The translations under genes were made by a program, and so were the position numbers. A DNA stretch of 50,247 nt from positions 6,318 through 56,564 of the forward strand of contig JAPLYH010000051.1 of NCBI GenBank assembly GCA_026395615.1. Direction: 5' to 3'. Shown here piece after piece: positions 1-9,006 of the stretch (positions within the stretch are counted from its first letter, which is position 1; every line of letters begins with the position of its first letter). The notes beneath the pieces were generated by a model. That model ran no database searches and had not been told where the DNA came from. It saw only the letters and a list, made by a program, of their open reading frames with translations. This DNA is from Candidatus Parcubacteria bacterium. Its GTDB lineage: Bacteria; Patescibacteriota; Minisyncoccia; Minisyncoccales; PEYH01.

Positions 1-256
1 TATTTAATTTGTCTACGAATTTCTGTTCACGCTCCGTTTTCAAATCCATTCTATTTTCCGTAAACACTGCTTGTACTTCTTGAGGATTTAAATTAAATCT
101 ATCAGCTAATTTTTGTACTATAGCAGGAGTATTATCTGACCCATCTTCTGTCGCCGCAGAAACTACGTTGTATCCTATTAATCCTAATATAGTCACGGAA
201 ACTGTAACTATCACTAACAATGCGATTAATATAAGTCTAAATTTTTTATATTTCAT
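1..256 (-). CDS. hypothetical membrane-anchored protein, 5' part only (gene runs off the left edge)
   Basis: ATG at 256-254 opens MKYKKFRLILIALLVIVTVSVTILGLIGYN... with one hydrophobic helix. The frame stays open to position 1. It is absent from the ORF track because no stop lies inside the window. Confidence 0.4.
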   Translation of the reverse strand, partial: MKYKKFRLILIALLVIVTVSVTILGLIGYNVVSAATEDGSDNTPAIVQKLADRFNLNPQEVQAVFTENRMDLKTEREQKFVDKLN

Positions 257-350
257 ATATCATTTATATTTAATTAATCATCATTGTGACCTTTATATTA
301 TTTAATACAACTTGATTAAAAATTTATTTCAACTATTAATCAATGGAACT

Positions 351-794
351 TTATTGAGTAGGATTTACTGGATTTTGCGGTCTAACTTGTATTGAATTAG
401 CCGTTACGCTGCCATCCTGATTTGCGGTACCATCAACTAAAATAGTTTTACTTATTGTCAAATCCTGAATTGTCCCAGCTACAGTTTTGCTAATATCTAT
501 ACTATTTGAATAAAAAATTATCTTTGACCCACCATCTTGAAGTTTTATGGTAACGCTTTTATCATCCTGAGCAATAACTTCTCCTGATATAAAATTGGCA
601 GTTCCTACTCTACTGCCTCTTGTCCCCGCAGCCATTCGTTGCTGGCGCTGTTCTGGCGTAAGATTTTGAAAATTTCCCAAGCCAAACCCAGTGGGACTCT
701 TTCCTTGCCCATATTTCATCCCGCCATAAAACATTAATCCTCCAACCACAATAATTACTGCTATTGATATTATGATTATTATTTTATTTTGCAT
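351..794 (-). CDS. hypothetical protein with N-terminal signal/anchor helix
   Basis: 147-aa ORF with N-terminal IIIIISIAVIIVVGGLMFYGG and a soluble beta-rich remainder. No family recognised. Confidence 0.5.
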   Translation of the reverse strand: MQNKIIIIISIAVIIVVGGLMFYGGMKYGQGKSPTGFGLGNFQNLTPEQRQQRMAAGTRGSRVGTANFISGEVIAQDDKSVTIKLQDGGSKIIFYSNSIDISKTVAGTIQDLTISKTILVDGTANQDGSVTANSIQVRPQNPVNPTQ

Positions 795-817
795 ATATTT
801 TTAAATTATTTTTAATT

Positions 818-2041
818 TTACTCGTACCTTAATGCTTCTATTGGATTAAGTGATGCTGCGCGCTTGGCGGGATAATATCCAAAAACAATTCCAATCGCTG
901 CGGAAACTCCAAATGCCAATATTATTGAAAATAAAGAAAGACTCGTTGAAACGCCTGCAAATTGTTTAATAAAAAATGAAATAAACCACCCTAGAAAAAT
1001 ACCTAAAAAGCCTCCGAAAAAAGTAAGAACTATTGACTCTGCCAAAAACTGCCTGCTTATATCTTTCCTTTTTGCGCCAATTGCTTTACGGAGTCCGATT
1101 TCACGAGTGCGCTCAGTGACTGTCGTAAGCATCATATTCATAATCCCAATACCACCAACTATGAGAGAGATACCGGCAATAGAAGCAAGTAAAATAGTCA
1201 TTGTATTCATCACCGTAGATGCGGTTTGCACAATATCCTGCTGGTTCAAAATTTGAAAATCTGCGAGTTGAGAATTTGATATATTATGCTTTTGTAATAA
1301 CAAATCAGTTATCTGTTGCTGAACCGTTGACATACTATTTTTATCTGCTGCCTCAACACTGATAGTTGTTAAATAATCATCCCCCGCAAGAAATCGTTGA
1401 GCTGTTGAAAGAGGAACAAATACAATATCATCTTGACTGCCAAATCCTGTGCCACCTTTAGACGTCGTAACTCCTATTACTTTAAAATCAACCTTATTAA
1501 TACGTATCGTCTGGCCAATAGGATTTACTCCCTCGCCAAAAAGATCATCTCTGACAGTTGGGCCAAGGACTACTACTTTTGATAAACTACGAACATTCTG
1601 CTCAGAGATAAAAGAACCAGTATCTATTTGAACATTCCTCACTTGAAGGTAATCTGCCACAGTCCCGACTACCTGCGTATTTGTATTATTTCCTTTAGCA
1701 GTTATCTGATACCTTCTAGATGTTTCTGGGGCAACGGCCTTAATGAGAGAGATATTCTGTTGAATCCCTTCCGCATCTGCTTGAGTTAATGTCTGGGCGG
1801 AACCACGACCAGCACTTACCTGAATACCAGTTCCTCGCTGAGCGCCAGGCATAATCAATATCAAATTAGATCCAATAGATTCAATACTTGATTCTATTGA
1901 GTTTTGAGCACCCTGTCCTATAGAAATCATTGCAATAACAGAGCCAATTCCTATGACTATGCCTAAAATCGTAAGTCCTGATCTGGCTTTATTAACGCTT
2001 ATCGCTGCAAAAGTTTCCTGTAAAATATCTTTTACATTCAT
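818..2041 (-). CDS. ABC transporter permease, MacB/FtsX family
   Basis: 407 aa with an N-terminal TM, a large extracytoplasmic domain and a C-terminal FtsX-type TM bundle ending ...YYPAKRAASLNPIEALRYE. It lies directly downstream of the ATPase gene. Confidence 0.85.
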   Translation of the reverse strand: MNVKDILQETFAAISVNKARSGLTILGIVIGIGSVIAMISIGQGAQNSIESSIESIGSNLILIMPGAQRGTGIQVSAGRGSAQTLTQADAEGIQQNISLIKAVAPETSRRYQITAKGNNTNTQVVGTVADYLQVRNVQIDTGSFISEQNVRSLSKVVVLGPTVRDDLFGEGVNPIGQTIRINKVDFKVIGVTTSKGGTGFGSQDDIVFVPLSTAQRFLAGDDYLTTISVEAADKNSMSTVQQQITDLLLQKHNISNSQLADFQILNQQDIVQTASTVMNTMTILLASIAGISLIVGGIGIMNMMLTTVTERTREIGLRKAIGAKRKDISRQFLAESIVLTFFGGFLGIFLGWFISFFIKQFAGVSTSLSLFSIILAFGVSAAIGIVFGYYPAKRAASLNPIEALRYE

Positions 2042-2047
2042 AATTCA

Positions 2048-2758
2048 TTATTCACTATAATTAACAACTCTACTCTTGATATTTTTCTCATCTTCTATAA
2101 TTTCTCCATCTAAAATATGAATAATACGATTAGCATGCTCTGCCACATAGCGCTCATGAGTAATAAGAACAATCGTACGACTATATTCTTTATTTAATCT
2201 TTGGAAAGTATCTAATACTATCTCTCCTGTTTTAGTATCAAGATTTCCAGTTGGTTCATCCGCCAAAATGACTGAAGGATTATTAACTAAAGCTCTGGCA
2301 ATGGCGACTCTCTGCATCTGACCTCCGGAAAGTTGATTTGAGAGATGTTTCCATCTATCTTCCGAAAGTCCCGCAGAAATAAGAGATGCCCTCGCTCTCT
2401 CTTCCCGCTCTTTAGCGGGTACTCCCGCATACATTAAAGGAAGCTCTACATTTCGCAATACAGTTGTTCTTGGAAGCAAATTATATGACTGAAAAACGAA
2501 TCCGATTTTATCTCTTCTTATGTCGGCCAAGTCATTATCAGTCATACTGGAAACATCTTTATTATTAAAAAAATATTCACCCTTGGTAGGAGAATCAAGG
2601 GCTCCCAAAATATGCATCAAAGTTGATTTTCCTGAACCAGAAGGTCCCATAATGGCAACAAATTCTCCATCATTAATCTTAAAAGAAATTCCCTTAAGCA
2701 CGATGGTTTCTGTATTGCCATTTTTATAAACCTTAGTAATGTTTTTACATTCAATCAT
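2048..2758 (-). CDS. ABC transporter ATP-binding protein (MacB/LolD-like)
   Basis: Walker [10 protein letters not shown], signature [15 protein letters not shown], Walker [12 protein letters not shown] and H-loop ITHE. Confidence 0.9.
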   Translation of the reverse strand: MIECKNITKVYKNGNTETIVLKGISFKINDGEFVAIMGPSGSGKSTLMHILGALDSPTKGEYFFNNKDVSSMTDNDLADIRRDKIGFVFQSYNLLPRTTVLRNVELPLMYAGVPAKEREERARASLISAGLSEDRWKHLSNQLSGGQMQRVAIARALVNNPSVILADEPTGNLDTKTGEIVLDTFQRLNKEYSRTIVLITHERYVAEHANRIIHILDGEIIEDEKNIKSRVVNYSE

Positions 2759-2794
2759 AACTTTGATTCACTAATATTTTTATTTTCCAAAAAA

Positions 2795-4603
2795 TTACCG
2801 TTCACCGCCAAGGCCAGGCATTCGGAAACTACTACTTTGTGACTGTGTTTGTGCTGTGCTATTAGCGCTGATAGTTTGGGAAACCACCTGCTCACCTTCT
2901 TGGAGCCCATTTAAAATTTCAGTAAAAGAATCATTAGATAAGCCGATCTGAACCGATTGCTGTTGAGGAGAATTTTTTGAAACTACTCCCGAACTACTTT
3001 TTGCTATTTGGGATATATTATTTTTATCCAAAGGCAATATCTCTACGTAACTTATATCCCCCGATGATTTTACTGCTGAATTCGGAACCATTAATACATC
3101 TTGCCTTACATCTGTGATGACCGCGGCAGAAACACTCATACCAGGCCTTACTCTGTCATCTTGTGTATCAAAACCTATTTTAACGCCATACGATACCACT
3201 CCCTGAGAAATAGTTCCGAGAGTATCTACTTCCAATACTTCGCCAGTTATACTTAAACCATCAATTGCGTCAAAGGTAAGTGTCGCTTTTTGCCCGACCT
3301 TAATTTTCGCAATATCAACCTCATTGAGGGAAATTTCAGCTATTTTTTGCTTACTGATTAAGGTCGCAACAACTGCGCCGGAAGACACTGGTTCTCCTTT
3401 TTTAAAATTGATTTCTGCTACAATACCCTCAAAAGGCGCATAAGTGAAATAATCACTCAATTTTTCTTTGGCGTCTAATAAAGTATTCTCTCTCTGTTTA
3501 ATCGCCAACTCTTGCGTTCTAATATCAAGAGCATCAGCGCCTGCCTTTAAGTTAGCAAGCGATTCTGTTTTTTCAGCGATTGTCCTGTCAGTAGAGATTA
3601 TGGCTTCTTTATCATTTTCTATATTTGTTTTATAGGTAAGTAAATTAGATAAATGAGAATTGGTTTTGGAAGTATAGGTATTGAGATTAGATAAATGGGT
3701 ATCTGCTATGGCCTGAGGATTTAATCCGCGTTCAGTAAGCTTATCTTTATAAAACTGAATTAAATTATTAGCGCTCTTCACTGTTTCGGCAACATCTCTT
3801 GTTGTTTCGTAAGTTTGGCTTATCAACGACCCTATGACGGCCGTATCAGAAGTCCTGCTTGCAGATTTATAATCTGTAAAATTTTGGTTGTAGGAATCTC
3901 TGGCAACTTGATATTTAGAATCAGAATCACTGCTATACTCTAATGACTTATCATCATATTGTTTAACACTATCTCCATAATAATTAACGTTAGATTGGGT
4001 CCCGGAAAAATTATTTCCAAATAATATGCTTTGAAGACCTGTCATAATTGTTGGCAAATCTAAAAAAGTACTGGCCACTTCATTAAATCCGTCATCATAC
4101 GCTTTATTAAGATTATCTTCAGCATTTCTTTTTGATTCTTCGGCTTGAGCCAGAGAGTTTTCCGCCTGAAGAATTGAAAGATTATCCGCTGGTTGTTGTA
4201 ATTTTTCTAAAGATAACTTCGCGCTCTCCAAGTTTGCCTCCGCATCCCTAACTGACTTTTGGGCAACTTTTTCATCTAATTGTAATAGTAATGTCTTCGC
4301 CTTTACTTCTTGACCATTTATTACTCCAACATATACCGCATCACCGGAAGCATTGGCTTTTAAATCGACCTGATTTGAAGCAGATACCTGTCCGCTTCCA
4401 GAAACAGATGCAATTAAAGTTCCTTTTTCCACTGCTGCTAAAACATATTTTGTCTGATTATTATTTTTGCCACCAGCTGCTCTAATTGTAAAAAAAGCTA
4501 TTAAAATAATTGCCAATATAATGATACCGGCAATTAGTTTGTGCCTGGTCGCCCACTTAGATAATTTGTATAAAAAACTTTTAATCTTAGAAAATATTTT
4601 CAT
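2795..4603 (-). CDS. HlyD/MacA-like membrane-fusion (adaptor) protein
   Basis: 602 aa with an N-terminal TM anchor, a long coiled-coil-like middle and a C-terminal barrel-like segment. It is the first gene of the adaptor-ATPase-permease triad. Confidence 0.7.
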   Translation of the reverse strand: MKIFSKIKSFLYKLSKWATRHKLIAGIIILAIILIAFFTIRAAGGKNNNQTKYVLAAVEKGTLIASVSGSGQVSASNQVDLKANASGDAVYVGVINGQEVKAKTLLLQLDEKVAQKSVRDAEANLESAKLSLEKLQQPADNLSILQAENSLAQAEESKRNAEDNLNKAYDDGFNEVASTFLDLPTIMTGLQSILFGNNFSGTQSNVNYYGDSVKQYDDKSLEYSSDSDSKYQVARDSYNQNFTDYKSASRTSDTAVIGSLISQTYETTRDVAETVKSANNLIQFYKDKLTERGLNPQAIADTHLSNLNTYTSKTNSHLSNLLTYKTNIENDKEAIISTDRTIAEKTESLANLKAGADALDIRTQELAIKQRENTLLDAKEKLSDYFTYAPFEGIVAEINFKKGEPVSSGAVVATLISKQKIAEISLNEVDIAKIKVGQKATLTFDAIDGLSITGEVLEVDTLGTISQGVVSYGVKIGFDTQDDRVRPGMSVSAAVITDVRQDVLMVPNSAVKSSGDISYVEILPLDKNNISQIAKSSSGVVSKNSPQQQSVQIGLSNDSFTEILNGLQEGEQVVSQTISANSTAQTQSQSSSFRMPGLGGER

Positions 4604-4711
4604 AAATAAATTATTAAATATTAAAATATCAAAAAAGGATATTCATATTAAATATCCCCACAATATATTACTACAATAAAAACCGATTTTTATTTCCTTA
4701 AAACAAAATCA

Positions 4712-5479
4712 CTATTTCAAATGCGGTTGCGACTTTGGTTCCTTGCGCCCATCAAATTGCGGAAAAAAAGATTCTCTCTCTTCTTCTATTTGGCGAATAC
4801 CAAAAGCACTAATAGATGAATCGCTTTCATCTCCCACAACCATAATCAAATCACCTTCTGACATTTCTTCATTTCTCTGTAAAATAGTTTCTGGTGAAAT
4901 AATTATTGTAAAAACTTCTCCTTTCTCATTTTTCATTATTATTTCTTCATCAGAAATAGTGGATATTTCTCCAATATGGATATTCGGAGAAGATTGCATA
5001 ATATGTGCCCGATAAAAAGGCTCTACAATGGGCATATTTCCCTCTGTTACTCCTCTAAATAATTGAGGGTGCATAGGTGTTAACGAAACTATAAAGCCCA
5101 CCAATAATACAAACACAATTATTCCTAAAATAGAATAAACTAATGGTTTTTTATAAACCCAAGAAAATTTCTCGGCTAAAAACTCTAATATTACTACTAA
5201 GACGAGTATAAAAACCAATAAAAACCACGGGAACCCTGCGAAGAAAATTCCTATACCCCGAGGGCCAAAACCAATTGTATGCCAAAGCCCGGTAGCGTGC
5301 ATTTTAAACATTATAAAACTAAAAATCAGCGCTCCTAGACAGAAAAATAAAATAATTCCTAATATAAAAAGCGCGGTCTTAAATAAAAACAAAACTTTCG
5401 GTGTCATATGTACCTCTTTGTCTTTTATTCTTTTCAAAATCTGCTCCTTTATATTGTTTTTCAGAGAATTATTGTCCAT
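4712..5479 (-). CDS. polytopic membrane protein, possible anti-sigma partner of the upstream ECF sigma
   Basis: 255 aa with several TM helices. Its start overlaps the sigma-factor stop (5469-5479). Function is inferred from position only. Confidence 0.4.
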   Translation of the reverse strand: MDNNSLKNNIKEQILKRIKDKEVHMTPKVLFLFKTALFILGIILFFCLGALIFSFIMFKMHATGLWHTIGFGPRGIGIFFAGFPWFLLVFILVLVVILEFLAEKFSWVYKKPLVYSILGIIVFVLLVGFIVSLTPMHPQLFRGVTEGNMPIVEPFYRAHIMQSSPNIHIGEISTISDEEIIMKNEKGEVFTIIISPETILQRNEEMSEGDLIMVVGDESDSSISAFGIRQIEEERESFFPQFDGRKEPKSQPHLK

Positions 5480-6026
5480 ATATTTTATTATAAATGGATT
5501 TTAATTTTTCTTTTCCCCTATTTAAACGGACGCCTACTGTTGGGATTGGCAAATGTAAAATATCTGCAATCTCTCTATAACTTAACTCTTCCAAGTAATA
5601 AAGAATAATCGGCTCTCGGTATTTTGGCTCCAGTTCGTTCAGGCATTTATCAATTATTTCTTGCATTTCCTGACGATTTAATTCCTTATCCGTCTCGTTG
5701 TCATGAATATGAACGATATGCGGAAAAAAGGTGTCAAAATCGAAGGAAGAAAAAAACTTCCTTTTTCGCAAATGATTAACTAACTCATTATGAGCGATTC
5801 TGTAGAGCCACGAAGAAAATTTCCTTTTAACATCAAAACTTTGAATATTAGTATATGCCTTTATAAAAATGCCTTGAATAATATCATCAGTATCTTCTTT
5901 ATTGGAAAGAAATTTTCGGGCGTAACGCCTGATTTTATCCTCGTATCTTTCAATCAAAATGCCAAAATAATCAGCCTTGCCTGATTGAATCAGATATACA
6001 ATTTCTTCATCGCTTTGCTCCGACAT
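5469..6026 (-). CDS. RNA polymerase sigma-70 factor, ECF subfamily
   Basis: 185 aa. Region 2 is like DDIIQGIFIKAY...FSSWLYRIAHNELVNHLRKRK. Region 4 HTH is LSYREIADILHLPIPTVGVRLNRGKEKLK. Confidence 0.85.
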   Translation of the reverse strand: MSEQSDEEIVYLIQSGKADYFGILIERYEDKIRRYARKFLSNKEDTDDIIQGIFIKAYTNIQSFDVKRKFSSWLYRIAHNELVNHLRKRKFFSSFDFDTFFPHIVHIHDNETDKELNRQEMQEIIDKCLNELEPKYREPIILYYLEELSYREIADILHLPIPTVGVRLNRGKEKLKSIYNKIYGQ

Positions 6027-6065
6027 AAAGTATTATCTAATAACTAATACAATTATTATACCTTT

Positions 6066-6848
6066 TTATTCCAAAATAATTATCCTGACATATCTCCAGC
6101 GATTATATTGGTCTTTAAAAAACTCAAAATTTTTATAACCTTCTTTTTTTAACAACCTGTTTATCTCTGGTTTTTGGAAGGAATCAAATTCAAGATAAAC
6201 TTTTCCATTCGGCTTTAAATAATTCTTCGCTTGTTTTAAAAATCTTTTTATATACAATAAACCATCTTTGCTTGCAAAAAGGGCATTTCGGGGCTCGTAT
6301 TTTAAAACTGACTCTTGTGCTTTCTTTTTACGCCCTTTAGCTATATATGGAGGGTTGACCAATACAAAATCGTATTTCTTTTTAATATTTTTAAAAATAT
6401 CTGTTTGAATAACTGCCGATTTTCTTTTATCTAATTTATTGAGCCGAAGATTAAACCTAATCTGCCATAAAAAATCTTTATCAATCTCACCAAAATCAAC
6501 CCGTGCATTAGGGACATTCTTAAGAACAGCAATTCCAATCGCCCCGCTTCCAGAAAACAAATCTAAACATTCTCGTTCATTTTTTCGTTTTTTTATCTCT
6601 TCAATCGCTTTTTCTACCCAATATTCTGTCTCTGGCCTGGGAATTAATGGTTTTTTCTTTAAATCAATTTTAGTCCCCAAAAACTCTGCAAAACCAATAA
6701 GATAATCCAATGGTTCTCCCCTTTTTAATTTTTCAATATCTGTCTTGGCTCTAGCGGTTAGCTTGCCTTGATATTTCTCTTTTAAAAGCCAATTAATTTG
6801 TTTTTCAAAGAATTCCTGTGATTTATTCATTTTTAAAAACTTTGGCAA
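6066..6848 (-). CDS. prmC: release-factor glutamine N5-methyltransferase (HemK/PrmC family)
   Basis: GEPLDYLIGFAEFLG...LIPRPETEYWVE, SAM site DLFSGSGAIG and catalytic NPPY (VLVNPPYI). Confidence 0.8.
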   Translation of the reverse strand: MPKFLKMNKSQEFFEKQINWLLKEKYQGKLTARAKTDIEKLKRGEPLDYLIGFAEFLGTKIDLKKKPLIPRPETEYWVEKAIEEIKKRKNERECLDLFSGSGAIGIAVLKNVPNARVDFGEIDKDFLWQIRFNLRLNKLDKRKSAVIQTDIFKNIKKKYDFVLVNPPYIAKGRKKKAQESVLKYEPRNALFASKDGLLYIKRFLKQAKNYLKPNGKVYLEFDSFQKPEINRLLKKEGYKNFEFFKDQYNRWRYVRIIILE

Positions 6849-7419
6849 TTAAATAAAATAAATAAAATTCTCTGCTATATTTTCTTACTGCGCTCGGACG
6901 AAATGATTTAACAGAAATAAATAATGTTTTTATTTCTTTTAAAAACTCCGCTGTCCCCTCTCCTTCAAATATTTTGCAAATAAAAATTCCTCTTGGTTTG
7001 AGTGACTGTTTGACAATATCCAAGGCGGCTTTCCCCAGCTCTAATGATTTCGCCACATCTACGAAATGGACACCCGAGGTTCCTGGCGCTGCGTCAGAAA
7101 CTATCATATCAAATTTCTCTTCAAAATTATTCACAAGTTCCTTGATATCGCCCTTTATAAACTTCATATTTTCTTTAAGAGGAATTTTTAAATCAACTAT
7201 ATCAACACCGATTACTTTGCCCTTTCTGCCTACTTTTTCGCTAAGATAAATCATCCAGGAGCCAGGCGCGCATCCAATGTCTAAAATAAAATCACCTGGC
7301 TTAACAAGCCGGTATTTTTTATTTATCTCCTGTAGTTTATAAACTGACCGAGCTGGATAATTTTCCTCTTTAGCTTTTTTAAAATAAGAATCTTGTCTTG
7401 TATCTTTTTGTCTCTTCAT
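6823..7419 (-). CDS. rlmE: 23S rRNA 2'-O-ribose methyltransferase RlmE/FtsJ
   Basis: RSVYKLQEINKKYRLVKPGDFILDIGCAPGSWMIY...DMIVSDAAP is the FtsJ signature. Confidence 0.85.
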   Translation of the reverse strand: MKRQKDTRQDSYFKKAKEENYPARSVYKLQEINKKYRLVKPGDFILDIGCAPGSWMIYLSEKVGRKGKVIGVDIVDLKIPLKENMKFIKGDIKELVNNFEEKFDMIVSDAAPGTSGVHFVDVAKSLELGKAALDIVKQSLKPRGIFICKIFEGEGTAEFLKEIKTLFISVKSFRPSAVRKYSREFYLFYLIAKVFKNE

Positions 7420-7859
7420 TTGTTTTTTCTCTTATATTCAATATATTTTTTAATAGTCTCTCTAAAGGGTTTGGCTAAATCCATTTTAAATCCCTCTTCT
7501 GGGGTTACCCAGACATAATCAATAATTTCTTCGTTATCTAATTTTATATCATCGCTATTTTCTGATTTACATAAAAAGGCGAAAAAAATAACATGACCTG
7601 GTCGAAAAAATTCTTTTGAGTTTATAACCTCATTAAATGAGATTATTGTAATCGGCTCTACTTTTAAACCCACCTCCTCTAGGGCTTCTCTTTTAACGGT
7701 ATTTATCATTTTCTCTCCTGCCTCAATATGACCTCCTGGCATCACCCACTTATTAAACCATTTTGGAGATTTAACTAAAAGAAGCTTGTCTTCTTTGTCT
7801 TCTATTACAATTAGCACAACTATTTCAATTCCCTTGGGAAATTTATTATTTGTAGACAT
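7416..7859 (-). CDS. NUDIX hydrolase
   Basis: Nudix box GGHIEAGEKMINTVKREALEEVGL. Confidence 0.85.
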   Translation of the reverse strand: MSTNNKFPKGIEIVVLIVIEDKEDKLLLVKSPKWFNKWVMPGGHIEAGEKMINTVKREALEEVGLKVEPITIISFNEVINSKEFFRPGHVIFFAFLCKSENSDDIKLDNEEIIDYVWVTPEEGFKMDLAKPFRETIKKYIEYKRKNK

Positions 7860-7862
7860 ATT

Positions 7863-8904
7863 TTATATCTTAGATGAAAGTATTATCACTTTACTTCTTA
7901 TGAATTTATTTTTTATTAATTTTTTAACAATAAACAATATAACCTTAACCGCTGTTTTGTTGTGTTTTAATAAAGTTAAAGCGCTCTCTTGCATCTTTTT
8001 CACTTTTACCATTTTTTTCAATTCCTTCAAATTATAATCAGGGTTGATAATCTTATAAGCAATTTCTTTGCCAGAAAGTATAGCTGCGTAAATTCCTTCT
8101 CCAGTCACTCCATTTGCCAAACCAGCGGCATCACCGGCTAAAAAAAATATTACCAAACTCAACTCCCTGATAATCATAATTTATTAAAGCAGATTCAAAT
8201 TTATATTTTTTAACATCAATTCCGCGCTCTTGGCACCAATTATCAAATTCAACTTTTACATTATCGCTTTTGCTGAATTTTGGATTAATTCCTACTCCAA
8301 CTGAAGCAATCTCTCCTCTGGGAAAAATCCAAGCATAAGTCGGGCCAAATTTTTTATAATCAAAAAATACTTCCAGCTCGTCAAATTTTGAATCAGTAAC
8401 AAGATAATGCATTCCTGCCCCGACTTTTTCAAATTTCAGACCAAGAAATCTTCTGACAATAGAATTGCTTCCATCTGCGCCAATAAGATGTTTATAAAAT
8501 AATCTTTGCCCGTTTCTTAAAAAAACGCTTTGTTTATCTATTTTTACAACTTCTGAATTAAACTCAATTATTGCTCCTGCTTTTTGTGCTTCTTCCAACT
8601 GCCATTTTCCAATATCTTTCCTGTCGCAAGTCCAAATCCATGGGGTATTAAATTCAAATTTTGTGCAATGACCGTCTAAATGAAGATTCGCAGATTTAAA
8701 CTCTTTTGTTATTACGCTGTCCGGCACTCTAATCTTTTTAAAATCTTTAAGAGTAAGTCCTCCTGCACAGGGTTTATCTCCGGCTATACTATTTTTCTCA
8801 AGTATTAAAACTTTTTTATTGCGAGATGCCAAAACCTTTCCAGCAGTAAGCCCGGCTGGTCCAGCTCCGATTATTATTACGTCGTAAACATTTCCTGTTT
8901 CCAT
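7863..8904 (-). pseudogene. geranylgeranyl-reductase-family FAD flavoprotein, split by a 1-nt frameshift in a T8 run
   Basis: The N part (8131-8904) carries YDVIIIGAGPAGLTAG. The C part (7863-8177) carries FLAGDAAGLANGVTGEGI. Deleting one base of the run at 8141-8148 joins ...EFGNIF-LAGDAAG... in one frame. Confidence 0.7.
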
Positions 8905-9006
8905 ATTGATTTATTCTATCAAAAAAACATCAATTAAACTAATCGTAATACTTGTAGGAAACAAAGGGCGCCTCCTACTATTCCAACTAGAAGAGAAAGC
9001 GCCCGA

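Noticed and set aside
8926-8960. Short attacgat strings near island A (about 8940) and in the rplJ leader (32462-32470) as extra R-element copies.
   Set aside because: They are only 8-9 nt, which is about what chance predicts for 100 kb of two-strand sequence. The GC-rich centre is absent.
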